DNA of 64,000 bases from Magallana gigas (GCF_963853765.1 NC_088855.1:32612001-32676000), one strand, 5' to 3'. Shown: positions 14,801-35,518, counted from the first letter of the stretch. Translations and numbers: made by a program. Notes: a model not told the origin generated them from the letters alone.

Positions 14801-17534
14801 ATCATTTTTATGTCAAAATCATTCGGAGTGTGTAAAGATTATACCAAGATAAAATAATATCCTTGAACATGTCAAAAAGACAATTAATTTTTCCTTTTCA
14901 GAATAAAAGAAAGTAAAGTTTGATTGACATTTTGAATTGGAAAATTGAATTTTGATGATCAATATCATTTAAAAACAGCCTTGAAATCAATTTTGGATAA
15001 TACAGTTGAAATCTTATTATGTTTATTGTCATCTTTAATTTGCTTCTTTTGAATCTTCAGTACCCCTTAGAAATTAGAAAATAAGGAGGTTATTACATGT
15101 ATTCATTTGAACAATATAATTTTTTCAAATTGATTAATGGAATACCGGTAGTCTGATTCAGATGATGATATGTTGCTAACAAACGGATTAATTTTAGAAA
15201 AATGAAATAGGAATGCCAGTTTTATATATGTTATGTGTTTCTAGAACATGAGATGAGTTATATCTCCAAAAATCCTTGTATTTTAATGGTTGTCCCACAG
15301 CTTAAGGTTTTCCAGCTGTTTGTCCCTCTGTAATTAATATTTCACTTTTTTCATAGAAAAAGGTTGGCTGGATTCAAGGTTAAGAGTGAATGCATGCCCT
15401 TTTCATATACACTCTATATGAAATAAAGATAGACATAGAACATAAGATAATTAATGGTCAGGATATTAGAATCATGTAATGAACAGTTGCATTTTTGAAT
15501 AATAGCAATATAGTCTAGCTGCTGTTGAAATACGGTAGTAAAAATCTGCTTGTCCATGAAAAATTTCTAAGCACTATACAAATTAATTGTAATGAATGCC
15601 AAAGTCAATTTTATTTTCAACAACAGTACCTAGTGAATTTAGCATAAAAACTTTTATATTGCTTATACATTATACATATAAATAAAGTTTTGATATGTTG
15701 ATATTAAGCAGATGAGATACTACTGCAAAATTTGGTCAAACAATCTCTAGAGGAAATATGTGGCTTATAATACAAATTTTTTCTTGGATAAAAAGACACC
15801 ATTAAGATTTTCTTTCCCCTGCAAAAAAGCTCCCTCGATCTTTAGAAAAGTTTGATCTTCCAACTGACTGTGAAATTGGATAATCCATTCACAACGGTGA
15901 TCCATAAGTCACAGGTCCAAAAGATGTTGAAGTTTAGTGATATCCAACACTTATCCTCCATTAATCTACCCTGAAAAACTTGGATTACCATGGAAGAAGG
16001 CTATGCAGAGATGTTAAGCCATTGATACTTCTTCATTACCGTACAGAGCGACTCTGACTGCAGGCTTGGCTTTGATGGAAGTTACTGTTTGGAGTCTCCC
16101 CAGCAGGAAAGGGATTGGAGAATATATCAGTTACTCACCCTCTCAGGCAGAGTTTTAAAGGCAGGGATAAGATGTATTGCGGAAGAGACATAAACTGATA
16201 TTTAAGGGATTAAGCTTAATTGATTAGGTCATAACGGGGCCATGATAGATATCTTTTCTGTGAAAAAGGAGGAGACAAAAAATTAATGTTTATGTTAAAA
16301 TAATGTAAATAGATTATTGATAAATCTGATTCAGAGACTTGCTGATAAATGTGCATGTAGTGAATTGGAATTTGTCTTTTGTATTTTTAAAAGTCTCTGG
16401 GTTTGAATGGGTTGAAAATGCACTGAAAGTCAGCGCTCTCTCTTAGTATTGAATACCATAATCATTTAGGGGACATGAGTGAAGAAATAGGCTTAATTCT
16501 AGATACTGGAAAGAACAGAGATACAAATTAGCCAGTATCAATTAAAGCAAAACAGCAATATTTAATAAAACATGTATATGATAAGTTATGGTAAATTTTA
16601 TATGGATAATGAAAAAATAAAAAAAAAAGAAATTTCTAGAAAACAAAGTCTCAACAATAGACTGTTTTTGCGCAGCAGACAAGGTGCAACCCATCTGTGT
16701 TACTTTTGACAGTTCTGCAGTAGGTAATACTTGCTGATGATGAATACCATATCTACCTGTTTATGCTAGCCTTGATAATATTTATAATTGGCCAGAGATC
16801 ATGAAAGAAGATTTCACAGTGTGAAAAATGATGTTTTGAAATATCCATCAGCAAAGAATATGTTGTAGTTGTTTTGAATTTACTCATACTGCCATAGACA
16901 ATGGGGGCAGAGGAAACCTAAAATATAAAGTTTATGTCTTGATGTGTAATTTGTTTGAGTTTTTGAGTAAACCACAAGGTATTATTTGGGAGCGATTACA
17001 TAAATTTCAAAGCACTTTAACGACCAGCAGGTCGAGACAAAATAAGTTTGCTTCAGAAAGATTACACAAAAGCATATGATCATTACTAACCATATTTTCA
17101 CTCAAACTTTAGAATTTATTAGAATAAAACTGTAGGCTTTTAAAAAATACCTTGCCTTGAGATCTTTATTACATGTGATTCAGAAAGCCTTTTTCTGCTA
17201 CTTAAGTCACATTTTTGTGGTTTATGAGCAGCATCCTCAGACTATTTGAGCTAAACTTGTAGACATGAAAAGGTGATCTTGAGCATATCACTACTGAATT
17301 TGTTTGAAGTTCATGACATCTTTATCTTTGGGCTTTCCTCAAATGCACAGTGGGAAAGAAAACCCTCCTTAGGTTTGTGGTTTGAATCCTCTATGCATTG
17401 AGGTTTCCAAGATAAAAAACTGATTATAGATGATTGCATCTTTCTTAATTATTGCAAGAAAAATTTATGTGTCAGTAATTGTCTGTGAGGTGAATGAAGA
17501 GTAAAGATGTTATGATATTTGTCCTCCATTGTAG

Positions 17535-20500
17535 ATTACCAACTTGTCTTTCCCATTATCGTTGACCATAATGGCAGCTTCCTCTCACACTGGAACAGTA
17601 CTCACAGCTCTCAACATCACAGATCAACCAAACAACTTCATCTCAACATCACAGGCTTCAACCAAACATTCCGTCTCCATCTTCATACCTCATCAAGTAT
17701 ACTGGCTCCAGGCTTTAAAGTGTACTATCGTCATGGTAACAGTAACCATAGTAACGAGACTGAAGAGCACTCTAGTGGCTGTGAATTCAAAGGAAGACTG
17801 CTGTCTCACTCCACCGAGGTAGCATTATCCTTGTGTGGAGGTGTGGTAAGTTTCCATGCAAGGTACTGATTTAATTCAAGCATTTTTAATTTAATTTTTT
17901 TAAACTGTGTACAAATGATTCTTTCTCTATGGCAAATATTGGGTAAAGTTGCAACATTGGTCAAGTGGAATAATGAATTACCCAAGTTTCTATGCAGGTT
18001 AACAATTACCTTTACTTAATGGAATAGAGAAAGTCTAAATTGTTACTTACCAAATGAATGTTGTTTAAATTAAGATTGATCTCTAAATTCAATAAAGGCA
18101 GTCAGACATTTTATTGCTTTAACTATTATGAATTAATTGCTAATTGTGCTAGTTTCAATTTCTCTGATTCTTTTACAAGTCATCAGGTCAAAGGTTATGG
18201 TTAGGGATGTAGCTTCTCTTTTGAAATACATATTGCATAAAGTTTGTAGCATTTGAGAAATATGATTTCTAGCATACTTGTGAAACTAAAACAAACAATG
18301 CTCTGATCTATAAGAGGTTCATAAATGCAATTTTGATTTTGATTTTTCTTTGGATGAGACTGCTTAAGAACAGTACATTTGATCAGTATCGTTACATGTA
18401 TAGCTTTTGACCATGACAATAGTCCAAAGTATTTCTGTTGAATCCGCATGGAGGTTTGAAGAATTAAATTGATCTTGGGTATTGTGGATTAATTGATTTT
18501 TCATTTGTTTCCATTGACCATGCCATATTTATCAAAAATTTTCTTCCTTGGTACCAGTTTTTCTTATAAGGCTTTTCCCTCACTAAGTACCTGCTCATGG
18601 CCTTTCCTACAAGTCTTAAACTTTAAAATCAAAGATATCTGTTAATCATGATAATAATGATTTACTTTCACCACAAAAATAAATTTAAATCCAAATATTT
18701 CCCATAACTTTATGCCAAGAAACATTTAAGAGCATTTTATCTCTGTGAGATAAATTTTCGAGAGCACTACCGTATTTAATTTGTCATCAGTAAAAAGTAC
18801 AGAAAAAAAATTAAAGGGGCCAAAAAATGCTAAGAACCCAAGACATTCCTTCTTGATGACAATCATCGTTAAAACCAAATTTTGTGGGATTTATGATCTT
18901 TGTCAAATTACTCGTAAACAGCCAAACAAAGGTCAACAACTTAGTCAGTGGAAGGTTGTCACTTTTTAAGCGATAGTTGGTGGGTAGATAAACATGCTCC
19001 TTACAGCTGCAAACTGTTTTAGTGCACCCTAAACACCCCAAACTTACTGGGACCTGAAGTATGTTAGATATTTCAATAGATAAAGGGTGATTAGCGTACC
19101 CCTTTGAACTTGATCTGAGATGGCCCCATTGAGATAACCTGCATTTGGAAAATTGGCACTGTTGAGTATCCTAATGGTTCTACAAGTGTAATTTCTAAAT
19201 TTCAGTGAAAACTCATAAATCAGACACACTGTACATTAGCTGTTAAGATTCCATGTGTTATTTGAAAAGAGACGTACACATGTCAATGAAAATAGGGAGC
19301 ATTTTTATGCTGTTAAACTAAATTAAAAAATGGAATAGGCTGACTTCTGTAATTCTAGCTATAAAGAGGCCAAAAATAACAGATATTAATCATATGAAAA
19401 TCTTGTTATAAAATACTTTGTCCAATTTTGCTTGCAGACAGGAATTTTGAGAACAGCAGATGATGATTATGTGATTGAGCCTCACTCTGAGACAATGCCA
19501 CTACAGAAGGGAGCCACAGAATCTCAGCAAGCCCACATCATGTACAAACGCTCCACCATAGCACAAAATACTCCTCATTTCTATGATAGCCAAACATGTG
19601 AGCATTTACACAAAATAGTGATTATTGTAATATTCCTTCCAGTGTATTTATAAACACATTGGGGCTGTTTGGCAAATGACAAGATTACATTTTCTTTACT
19701 TTCTCTCCCTCCTTCACTATTGTGCTCTCCGTCTGGATGCGTCCGAGAGAGAGAGAGAGAGAGGAGAGGGAGGGGGGGGGGGGTGATTTGAATGAGGAAC
19801 AATAAAATGAATTTTCTTTTTTCATGTTTCAACAGATTATCCACATCATGAAAATACCAACAGATATTTTAATCCCACAAGGAGGAAACGTCACTCCGCA
19901 AAGCGAATTTCCCGAGGTGTGCGGGAGAAATCGGTGGAGATATTAGTCGTTGTAGATAAATATGTATATTGGAAACATGGAAGACAAAACATCACAACAT
20001 ACATACTCAGCATATTCAATATTGTAAGTCAGATATTAGTATTTTCTGAGTTTCTAATAAAAAACAGATAAATTTAATGGGAAAGAAATGTACTCTCATT
20101 CCAAGAGATTCTCTTTGTTTTGCAGGTATCTCAGTTGTTTCAGGACAATTCTTTAAGTTATAAAGTTAACATTATATTAGTGGGACTCATTGTACTGGAC
20201 AATGAAGAGGTAAGATTTATCAACTGGGTCATTCATGTTTTATAAAATCTCTCTGAAAATTTGCCAAAATAAAGAAAAAAGAAGAATTTCAAAATTGATA
20301 TTGGGCATAATCGATTTTGTCGTATGTGATTTTCATACATGTGGGTGGAAGATCATTGGATCATATGATTTGCCATATGATTCACATGTGATGCCTTTTT
20401 TCATGATTCCCTAATGAATCCAATCATATGATTCACATATGATACATATACACATATGTTGATCATATAGGCAAAGTTGCTTTGTTATTCTCTTTTAAGC

Positions 20501-23500
20501 ATACACTCTTGTTTGTTGTAGCCAGGACTTCACATTACTCATCATGCAGATAAGACATTGAATAGTTTCTGCCAGTGGCAGGCTGTAATAGGGGGCCGTC
20601 GTCATAGGCAACATGATCATGCAATTCTACTGACCGGCCTTGACATTTGTGCTCACAGAGACTCACCATGTGATACTCTTGGTAAGGGAAAAGAATGTAT
20701 ATTAAATTGAATATTTTCAATAAATTAATATTTATGTAGAGAAAATTCTCATGTTTCAAAGAAACATAACCTTTTATTGGGAGTCAGTCAAAAGTTTGTA
20801 TCGAAGATTCAAAAGGAAGTACCATACATGTGTTTGTTTAAAATTATTTGAAGTGCCATTTTTTCATTTCAAAATTTAAAAAAAACAATTTTGCCGTAGG
20901 TTTTGCTCCGATCAAAGGTATGTGCAACAGACTACGGAGCTGTATTGTGACGCAGGACACAGGGCTCTCTACTGCATTCACCATTGCGCACGAGATTGGG
21001 CACAAGTAAGTGGAACTAGAGTAAAGGACTTTCACTCAAAGTTCTTCATTGATCCAACCACAGGCACTTGTTTCTGTGTTGAAGTGTACTCTAATAGTAA
21101 TTCATGTAGTTACACCCTTGCGTTAATATTATACAATGGGGTAATTACTTTAGCATGTGAGCCGGTACCCATCAATCCATTGCAAGAAGACATGTCTGTT
21201 AAACTCGAGCAAGAAAAAATGCTTTTTTTTTCATAAGTTCATCATAGATATTATAATGGTTTAGATATACTATTGATCATATATTAAAAAATATACATGT
21301 ATTAAAGCTTAGAACAAAATTTCTTTAGGGCAAAAACATTTTATGAAACTGAATTTGTAGCCAGAAATAGGTTCAATTTAATAACTTCTTATTTGCACAT
21401 AGTTTCGGAATGTTCCATGACGGTACAGACAACAACTGCCACCAGAGTTCAGGGACCATCATGTCCCCCACCCTCAGCTCCAAGACAGGGACTTTTACCT
21501 GGTCCAGGTGTAGCAATGAATACCTGGCCCGATTCTTCAAGTAAGCTAATCATAAATAGTACACCCTCTTCGTGTATGAGCTAAATGATAAAGATTCAAT
21601 TGTTAATGCCAATAATACATGTAGTACATCATAACATATCATTTTTAAAGATTAATAAATTAAAATAGCTTTATTACTGATTTTCATACTTTGGAATCGG
21701 TATCATTTGTGGTGGCTCAATTTCCACTGATTTCATGGGTATACTCACCAACGAATTAAGATCCCCAAGGATTGGTGAAACAAAATCTTGTACAAGTGAA
21801 TCCTTGAAATTATGTCACAGTGAGCCTCTTAAAAATTGATAATCCATGAAAACTGGCCCCCATTAAAAATTAAAATGATTCCATAGTATATTGCAAATGT
21901 ATACGCAAAGAAAAAGCCTTGCAAACATATCTTTTAAAAACGACAGCACTCTACAGTCGGACTGCCTGGCTGACGAACCAGTCCGAGTGTCCTCCCTTAG
22001 ATTCCCTGACAAGCTTCCTGGCCAGATCTTTGATGCGGACACTCAGTGTAAATGGCAGTTTGGACAGCATGCCAGACTCTGTATCTTTGAATTTGGAAAG
22101 GTATTCAATGGAGTTTGGAATTGATAAGAATGACATTATATACAGAACTGAGTAAAGTACATAAAATTGTTGAATTAGTGCATGTACATGTATTAGACCA
22201 TGGGATATATGAAATTGTTTTTTCTTTTTCAGAGAGAAGTCTGCCAGAAGCTGTGGTGTTACAAAGGAGGACAGATGTGTGAGACCAAGTTCTTGCCGGC
22301 AGCAGACGGCACGTCATGTGGTCATGGTATGGTAGGTAGGCATAACTTCCTCTGTAAACACATGTATATGTAATTTTGAAATGGTTAGATAAAAATTTAA
22401 TTCATAACACAGCCACTTCTGCTTAATTCTGACTACTATGATACATTATGCAAAAACACTTATAAAAGTGTCCTGTTGACTGCCTAGAATCTGCAATGAA
22501 TACTTATTTTGGTATTACATTGCTGTAGTATTGTCTTATTAAAATGTTAAAATGGTGTTAGATGTTGATTATTTTGACATTACAGTGGTGTAAGCAGGGT
22601 AAGTGCGAGTCCTATGGCAGACGGGGTCCGGTACCTGTGGATGGGGGTTGGTCTGAGTGGAGCCAGTGGTCCTCCTGCTCCCAGAGCTGTGGGGGTGGGG
22701 TCAAGCACCGCTCCAGGCGGTGTGATAGCCCAAGGTAACTGTCACAGAGCATAGAAAATTTTGGAGGGGAAAAAACCCAGGTTAAATGAAGTTATGTAAA
22801 TAGAAGTTTTTCACTGGTAGGAAGTAAAAAAATAAGTTGATGTGTATTTTACAAGTAGCTGAGGAAGAAAATATTACTGTATATAGGCTTATTTTCCCCC
22901 TTCTTCACTTGAATTCTATGGCTTAAATTCACCAGACACTGTTGTGTTCAAAGAGAAATAATGTGAGACATTGGAATTTGCCTTGTCTTAAATTTGCTTG
23001 CTGAAATTGAGGGTGAAAGGGGCGAAAATAAAATGGGGGCAAATATTTCCCTCTAAACAGTTTGTATACTAATAAAGTTATCTTCTGATTTTACAACTTC
23101 AGGCACACAAAGATCATTTTGTTTTGAATGATGTTGTATTATTATTTACAGACCACAGTATGGTGGTAAGGTTTGTCCGGATGACAAAGAAGCCCATAAG
23201 ATGTGTAACTTGCAGGTAAATAACAATTACTACATGTATATCAAGTCACTTTATAGTAAAACTGTTTTAAGTACTTTAGTGGAAAAGAGTTATCTTTTAT
23301 AGGAGTGCCACAGGAGGATAGGGGAGCCGAGAGAGGAGCAGTGCCGTGCCTACAACAGGATACCGTTCAGGGGCAGGATGTACAGGTGGACCGCCTACAC
23401 ACAAATTCATGACGGTTGGTAAAAGTATCCCACAAGTATTTTGCATTACTATTGTACAACCAATATCTGGTAATAAAAAAAATGATAATACCTTAGATGA

Positions 23501-26500
23501 TTCATCATTTACCCTGGTATACTTAATTTTGCAGTGAAAGAACAGTGCAAGCTATACTGCCAAGCAGATGGCTATAACTTTTTCTATGCATTGTCTGATG
23601 AAGTGAAGGACGGGACTCCATGTAATGATCACTCCAGTGATATCTGTGTGCATGGAAAATGTCAGGTAAAGATTTCATCATGGATATTGAACAAATATAT
23701 TTCCTAAAACTGTTGAAGAAGAATTTTCATTTACACAAATCTTTTTTGTTAAGCGTGTGGGTTGCGACTACATTGTGGGATCCGCTGCCTCTAAAGACCA
23801 GTGTGGGGTGTGTATGGGAGACAACTCCACCTGTAATGTGTTTGAGGGCCATTTCAAGGAACAACCCAGGAGAAATAGTAAGAAATATTTGATTAGATTT
23901 CTTATTCTTAAGATAGTGCAAAATATGACTATCTCAAGATTTGAACCTTTGTCCAGTTTTATAATTTGTCATTATCAAAATTTAGCTCCTTCCTCTAGAC
24001 ATTTAATTGTCGTTGTCATGGTTAGTAGGGACCAGATTGACCTTCTGCAGTGAGTGTACTCTAGCTGATTTATTATAATTTTTTGGACATTGGTTGTATC
24101 AACAAATTCTTTATTATTAGAACAAATACAAATAAGAAGATACTAATTGTTATTAATTGATACATATAGGTAATACTATAAGTGTAAAATGCATCTTTTC
24201 TTGGTCATTTAATGTCCTGTATTCTAAATAGATTAATGTTTGACATAACCAATGATAACAACTAACTCTTGTATAAAAGAAGCAAGAATTTTAATGGTGG
24301 TAATTTTATAAGGAAGGGAATAGAGATCAAGAGCATCTCTATTTTTCTGAATTGAACCACAGGCAGTTTCATTCCTTTGATTTCTTCTCCTTTCTAGCCT
24401 ATTTCCCAGTGGTGGTGATCCCAGGTGGTGCCAGTGGACTGGTTTTCTCTGAGGCAGCCATCACCCCCAACTACCTGGCCATCAGAAATATATATGGTAA
24501 ATACTACCTCAACGGAAATTGGCAGATGATGTCGGAGGGGGTGTATGAGATCGCAGGAACAAAGTTTGTCTATGAACGTAACTATCGGGAACCAGAAAGG
24601 CTAACGGCTGAAGGTCCAACTACACAGGACATTGTTCTAGAAGTAAGCATTATAACTCATTACTTTATAAAGGACTGCTCCTGTCCTGTATATATTGGAC
24701 AATGAAAGCAGACACATCTAACTCTAAAAACCCATGTGTGGTAATGGAAAATTTGAGTTAAAATTCCATGCATTAGGTGTTTCAAAATAAAAAATTTTCT
24801 GTGTGTTTTCAGATTCTGGTGCAAGGTGTGAACCCAGGGGTATCCTACAGGTATACTCTGCCCAAAGCATCCACCTACCCGGTCATCCACAATTACACAT
24901 GGACTGCGAAGCTCTCTGATTGTGACCAGCCATGTGCAGGAGGCAAGTAGGGTTTAAATGATTGACATTGACAGAACTCATCACTGTAGTCGAATGAAAT
25001 ATCATTTACCTTCTTAATTGACACAATCCTCATAATTACACTGAATTAGAGGTTAAGTATGTGGTACGTTTTCCTTGCAGGCAAAAGGATATCTTCCGCG
25101 CATTGTTACCGTGGTGATGGAGAGGAAGTGTCACCTAGATACTGTGATTCGAGATCGCGACCTCAGACAGGTGTGTCAACGTGCAACATCCATCACTGTG
25201 CTCCCAGGTGAGGATTTTAGTCGGACTTATCCACTCATGTTAATTAGTTTCCGAGATAGATATTCAAGCAATTATCAACATTTTACAGTGAACATGGCGT
25301 TATGAACTGAAAAATTCTCTGCTAGCATATTCACCATGTATTAGGGAATTAGGTTAGTAAGTGCAAAAATAGCACATCTTTTTGTGCACACCAGTAAATT
25401 GACGATGTTTTGTATGTAAGAAACTGTAGTTCTATGGCCTGTCAACCCAATTTTCCTGTGAAGCTACAGCTCTGCAGCTGTAGTATATAGAGTGAAGGTG
25501 CAGTGAATATGCTAACATTTCCTTCTGTATAACCAGTACATCTGATCATGAACTCTCCTGTAGATGGTACACAGAGCCCTGGAAGAGGTGCTCTCGACCC
25601 TGTGGGGCAGGAATACAGAAGAGGAAAGTCTACTGCATGCAGAAAGTCAGCCAATCAGAGGACAGAAGAGTCAGCAGACGGCGATGTGACAAACGGCTCA
25701 AACCAAAGAAGAGGATTCCCTGTAACACCCAGGAGTGTCCCCCGGCATGGTTTGGGGGAAAGTGGTCACAGGTACACAACTTTGTCAATCAGAGCATAAT
25801 GATTATATAAATTACTCTGTTTCCTCTTACATATTCTGACGGTTGCATTGAATAAAATTCTTGATACAGGTACTTATAACTACTGTATACAGGAAATATT
25901 GCCCCCGTTTTATTTTTGCCCTTTTCGACTTCATTGTCAGTGGGCGAATTTAAGACAGGGCAAATTCTAATGTCTCATATTATATCTATTTAAATATAAC
26001 TATGTCTGGGCAAATACAATACAGGGCAAAACTGTTTGCAAGCATAGAAGGGTGAAAATTACACGGGGCTAAAATAACCCCGTATACAGTACCTCATTGC
26101 TGGAAAACCTCAGTTGATTATACTTCATTGTTTCTCCATTACATCATGATGGAGTGGGAACAAAGTGTAATCAACCGTGAGTTTCCAACGATGCCAGTGC
26201 TTGAACTGAACATACTCTAAACATCTGCAAGGAACCAGTATTTACGCAAATTTTCAGTGTTCTAAAACATGTGGCAAAGGAGTTAGGACTAGGGAGGTAT
26301 CCTGCCGCAGTAGGACACTGAAAGGCTGGGTGATCCTGTCAGACAGCTTCTGTCAACACAAACCTCTCCTGGCCAAGACTAGAGGGTGTCGAGTGAAGAA
26401 ATGCCCCCCTGTTATAGAGCATCAGTGGATTCTATCCTCCTGGTCACAGGTAACCAATCAAAATTTACAACACATCATACCAGATGTGTGTGGTAATGAC

Positions 26501-27606
26501 ACATGTAAAATATTGAAAATTGGAATGAAAGTTTATTGGCTGTATTTGTTGTTAAGTGCTCAGTAAGCTGTGGTATGGGAACAAGAGACCGTCTTCTCAG
26601 ATGTGGAGAGAGGAGAGATGGACAGAGTTGGAAAATGATGAACCCCAACCAATGTAGGAATCTCATCAAGCCAAACAGTTCCCTGACCGAGGTCTGTACG
26701 ACAGCAGAGTGTCCTAGACAACCCAGCTCTTACTGGAATGTTTCACCCTGGTCACAGGTACATGTAAATCTCATCATATACTACACAGTCTTGCAAGTGT
26801 GTACATCAACATTTTGTGTGAAATAGAAGAGTATAAAATCAATGTGTGCATATACCCATTGCGCTGACTCTTATTTTTCTTACAACCACAATGTATTCAA
26901 AACTCCATCAACTCGGATGCTTTTATCCAAATTTTTAAAAAATGAAACAAAAGTATGATGCAAACATAAGTACATGTAGTTAACAACCTTTTCCAGTGTA
27001 CTTTGTTTTCATTTAATATTAATCATTTTACATGATTATTTTGCATACAATGTATTAGTGTTTGTATAGTGATATTGAAACATTGGCTGGAAACAACTGT
27101 CATTCACCAGAGCTTTACATCACATTAAATGTTTATATTTCCTCTGAATGTGAGTTCTTTTCCTTTCAGTGCTCAGTGACCTGTCACCTGGGTGAACAGA
27201 CTCGATTGGTCCATTGCTTGGATAAGGTCACACAGGAGTTGTCCTCTGATTGTAATGATACAGAGAAACCTGACTCTATTAAACTCTGTCTAAGCAAGCC
27301 TTGTCCGAAACTAGGTCTGTATGTATGAAGATCTCCCTATAATGTCTAAATAGGATTTTATTTGTCTGAGTTACACTGGTTTTTCAAACAAGATTGATCA
27401 CGAACTTTGTTTTTTACATTGCAAAATATTATAATATACATGTAAAACTTTCCAATATTATAAAGTTAACATTCCGATTTTTTACAATTTCAGATCCAAA
27501 TTGTACAGACAAGTTTAAATGGTGCTACCTAGTTCCAAAGCACAACATATGCAATCATCACTTCTATGGGAAAAAATGTTGCAAGTCCTGCAACAGCAAG
27601 AGATAA
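17535..27606 (+). CDS. ADAMTS16/18-like secreted zinc metalloprotease (prodomain, M12B catalytic, disintegrin-like, TSR1, Cys-rich, spacer, 5 further TSRs, PLAC); 5' signal-peptide exon not located
   Basis: In-phase exons: 17535-17845, 19438-19597, 19836-20023 (furin site RRKR), 20126-20209, 20522-20681, 20900-21005 + 21403-21540 (zinc motif HEIGHNFGMFHD split by an intron), 21947-22100, 22233-22331, 22586-22734 ([17 protein letters not shown]), 23152-23215, 23303-23414, 23535-23665, 23754-23877, 24398-24642, 24813-24942, 25081-25207, 25564-25771, 26258-26449, 26557-26757, 27170-27314, 27494-27606 (PLAC: [30 protein letters not shown], stop). Six TSRs plus PLAC matches the ADAMTS16/18 architecture; exact orthology not determined. 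Confidence 0.93.
19745..19783. repeat. (GA)n microsatellite grading into a poly-G run
   Basis: gagagagagagagagagaggagagggagggggggggggg in an ADAMTS intron. Confidence 0.85.
21689..21886. mobile_element. TA-flanked MITE remnant
   Basis: ta|ctttggaatc ... gattccatag|ta imperfect terminal inverted repeats in an ADAMTS intron. Confidence 0.6.
22877..23060. mobile_element. MITE related to the copy at 25883-26089
   Basis: ta|ctgtatatagg start; the end ggggcgaaaataaaatgggggcaaatatttccctctaaacag is the reverse complement of the start of 25883-26089. Confidence 0.65.
25883..26089. mobile_element. TA-flanked MITE (Tc1/mariner-type ends)
   Basis: ta|ctgtatacagg ... ccccgtatacag|ta; TIRs plus TA target duplication, no ORF. 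Confidence 0.8.
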
Positions 27607-29826
27607 ATAATGCACCTATTGAAACATGTACTATACATGTATATACAACGAAAACGAGCAGCCATAACAGATCTGTGATAGGGTACTGTTAGTTTTAGTG
27701 TCCAGACAAACTAAGGTATTGATTTACTTGCGGAAAACCAAAAACCGTGTCAATCGGTATTGAATTGACCTGGTTACATTTTGATGACGTTTCTTGTGCC
27801 AGTCTTCATTCGTTTCAATGGTCTAAGCAGTTCATTGCTTCCAAAGAAAGTTGAATTGAACTATGATTTTGGTGTTTAGAATGATATGATGGAATGAATG
27901 CATTCTTGGATGGTTCTTCTGACTCATGGAGATGATTCTCTCAAGACAGAGTACAACTCTGGCTATATACTGAGCTCTGTGCCTAGAGGTCTAAAATGCC
28001 CTCAACAAACTTTACAAAAACATGTACTGAGAATACAAAATCATTTGATTCAGGACTCATCTAGCTCTGCTGGAGTGCCATACATGTATGTATATATATA
28101 TGTATATTTTTAATAGTTTTGGTGCCATCCTCCATTTACATTGTACTGATTTTTATCAAACATACATATTGTTTTTTAACTGAAGTTGTGGTAGAGAAAA
28201 GTTCACATTGTATTGTGGTTTTTTTTCTTCTGCAATTTTTTCATATGCATCAATGCACAAACATGTCTATTAACAAACTTTTATTGCACATCAAAAGCTT
28301 TATGCAAGATGTATTTTTTCTATGTTTATATTGCCTAACTAAATGCATTGTGGAATATTTTACTGTACATTCTTGGCAGGTCTTATATGCAACCAATACT
28401 TTTAATTCAGGGATTTTTAACATCTTTTTATTACATTATACCTGATGACAAATACTCCCTGTGTAATCATAGACAATCTCATTTTGTAAATCTTTTTTTT
28501 TTTTTAAAGTAATATCTTTGCATGTTCAACCAACTTCATTACCAGTACAAATGTACTTGTTATGTGGGTCTGAAAAATATGTGCAATAACAAATCTTCAA
28601 TACAGTATGATAATATTTTCTAAAATTCATTTACTCAAGTTTCCTTCTCTTACTTTCACCCCAATAAAATACCTGTATTTTAATAGGGAGTGGCATTGTT
28701 GTCAAATTGTGTACCTACATGTACATGCAATTTGGATATTAATCTTTGATCTACCTGTGGAATATATACCGGGTACCATATTTCTGTGTATATGTGAAAT
28801 TGTTGAGAAAATATGAATTGTAATGATATCTGTATATAATTCAGTAGGGAATCAAGAAATACATGTCCCATAAATTGTTGGTATGCAGAGGTTGTGTCCC
28901 CTTTTATAGATTCAAATGGTATCCCTTTTATGTCCAATGTACATCTTAAATAATATAATACAAATATTATTCATCATCTTTTACATCAAAGGATACATGT
29001 ATTTCAGTGTGTGAAATGCTCTTGTGCATGCCCATAACATTTTTCATATCAATGGACAATTTACAGCTTTTGAATGGGCCTACTTAACAAGTTTCTCTAT
29101 TGTATAGTTACACTCATCATATACAACAGTGGCTAGAAATGGTGTACAAGAGCATTTAAAATGTCTTTAATTACGGTAGCTATTCAACATTGGATTTTTT
29201 TTTTAATTAAACAAATGTTTGCCGTATATATACATTTTAAAAATAAAATTCATATCGTTATACCCACTGGGTTTCAACTAGAATAAATAACATTTCCCAG
29301 AGAGCAAATTAAGAACCTCATGTTTCTAATTTTGATGTCTGTGTCATTATGCCAAACAAAGAGATGTTTTGTTTTAATATTACATGTAATTGTAAATGTT
29401 TTTTTTGTTGTAAAAATTTATTGAATATTGTTTATACTAGTATATGCTTTGTAATAGTTTATTAAAATCAGTTGAATTTATTGTTAATCATGCAACATTA
29501 ATTTGATACATGTACATACTGTTTGAAATACATTTATTTGTAAATAATAACTGATTTGGATGTATGTGTTTGCTTATGCACATTCTGTATAACTTTCATA
29601 CTTTTGTATAAACAATGAAAGAATCAATCAAGCCTTCCTTGTGTCATTTTGCATTTATAAAAAAATCAAGGAAAAAACAACCCACATTTGCAGCCATATT
29701 CTTTTATAATGTATAACGTACAGCATGACATACAGCATCAAACTAAATTTACGTCTACAAACAGACTCAGAGCTAACAGAGTACTTTATTGCACCAAAAG
29801 TTTCCCCGATATTCCCAGAATTCCAT

Positions 29827-35518
<5,692 letters not shown>

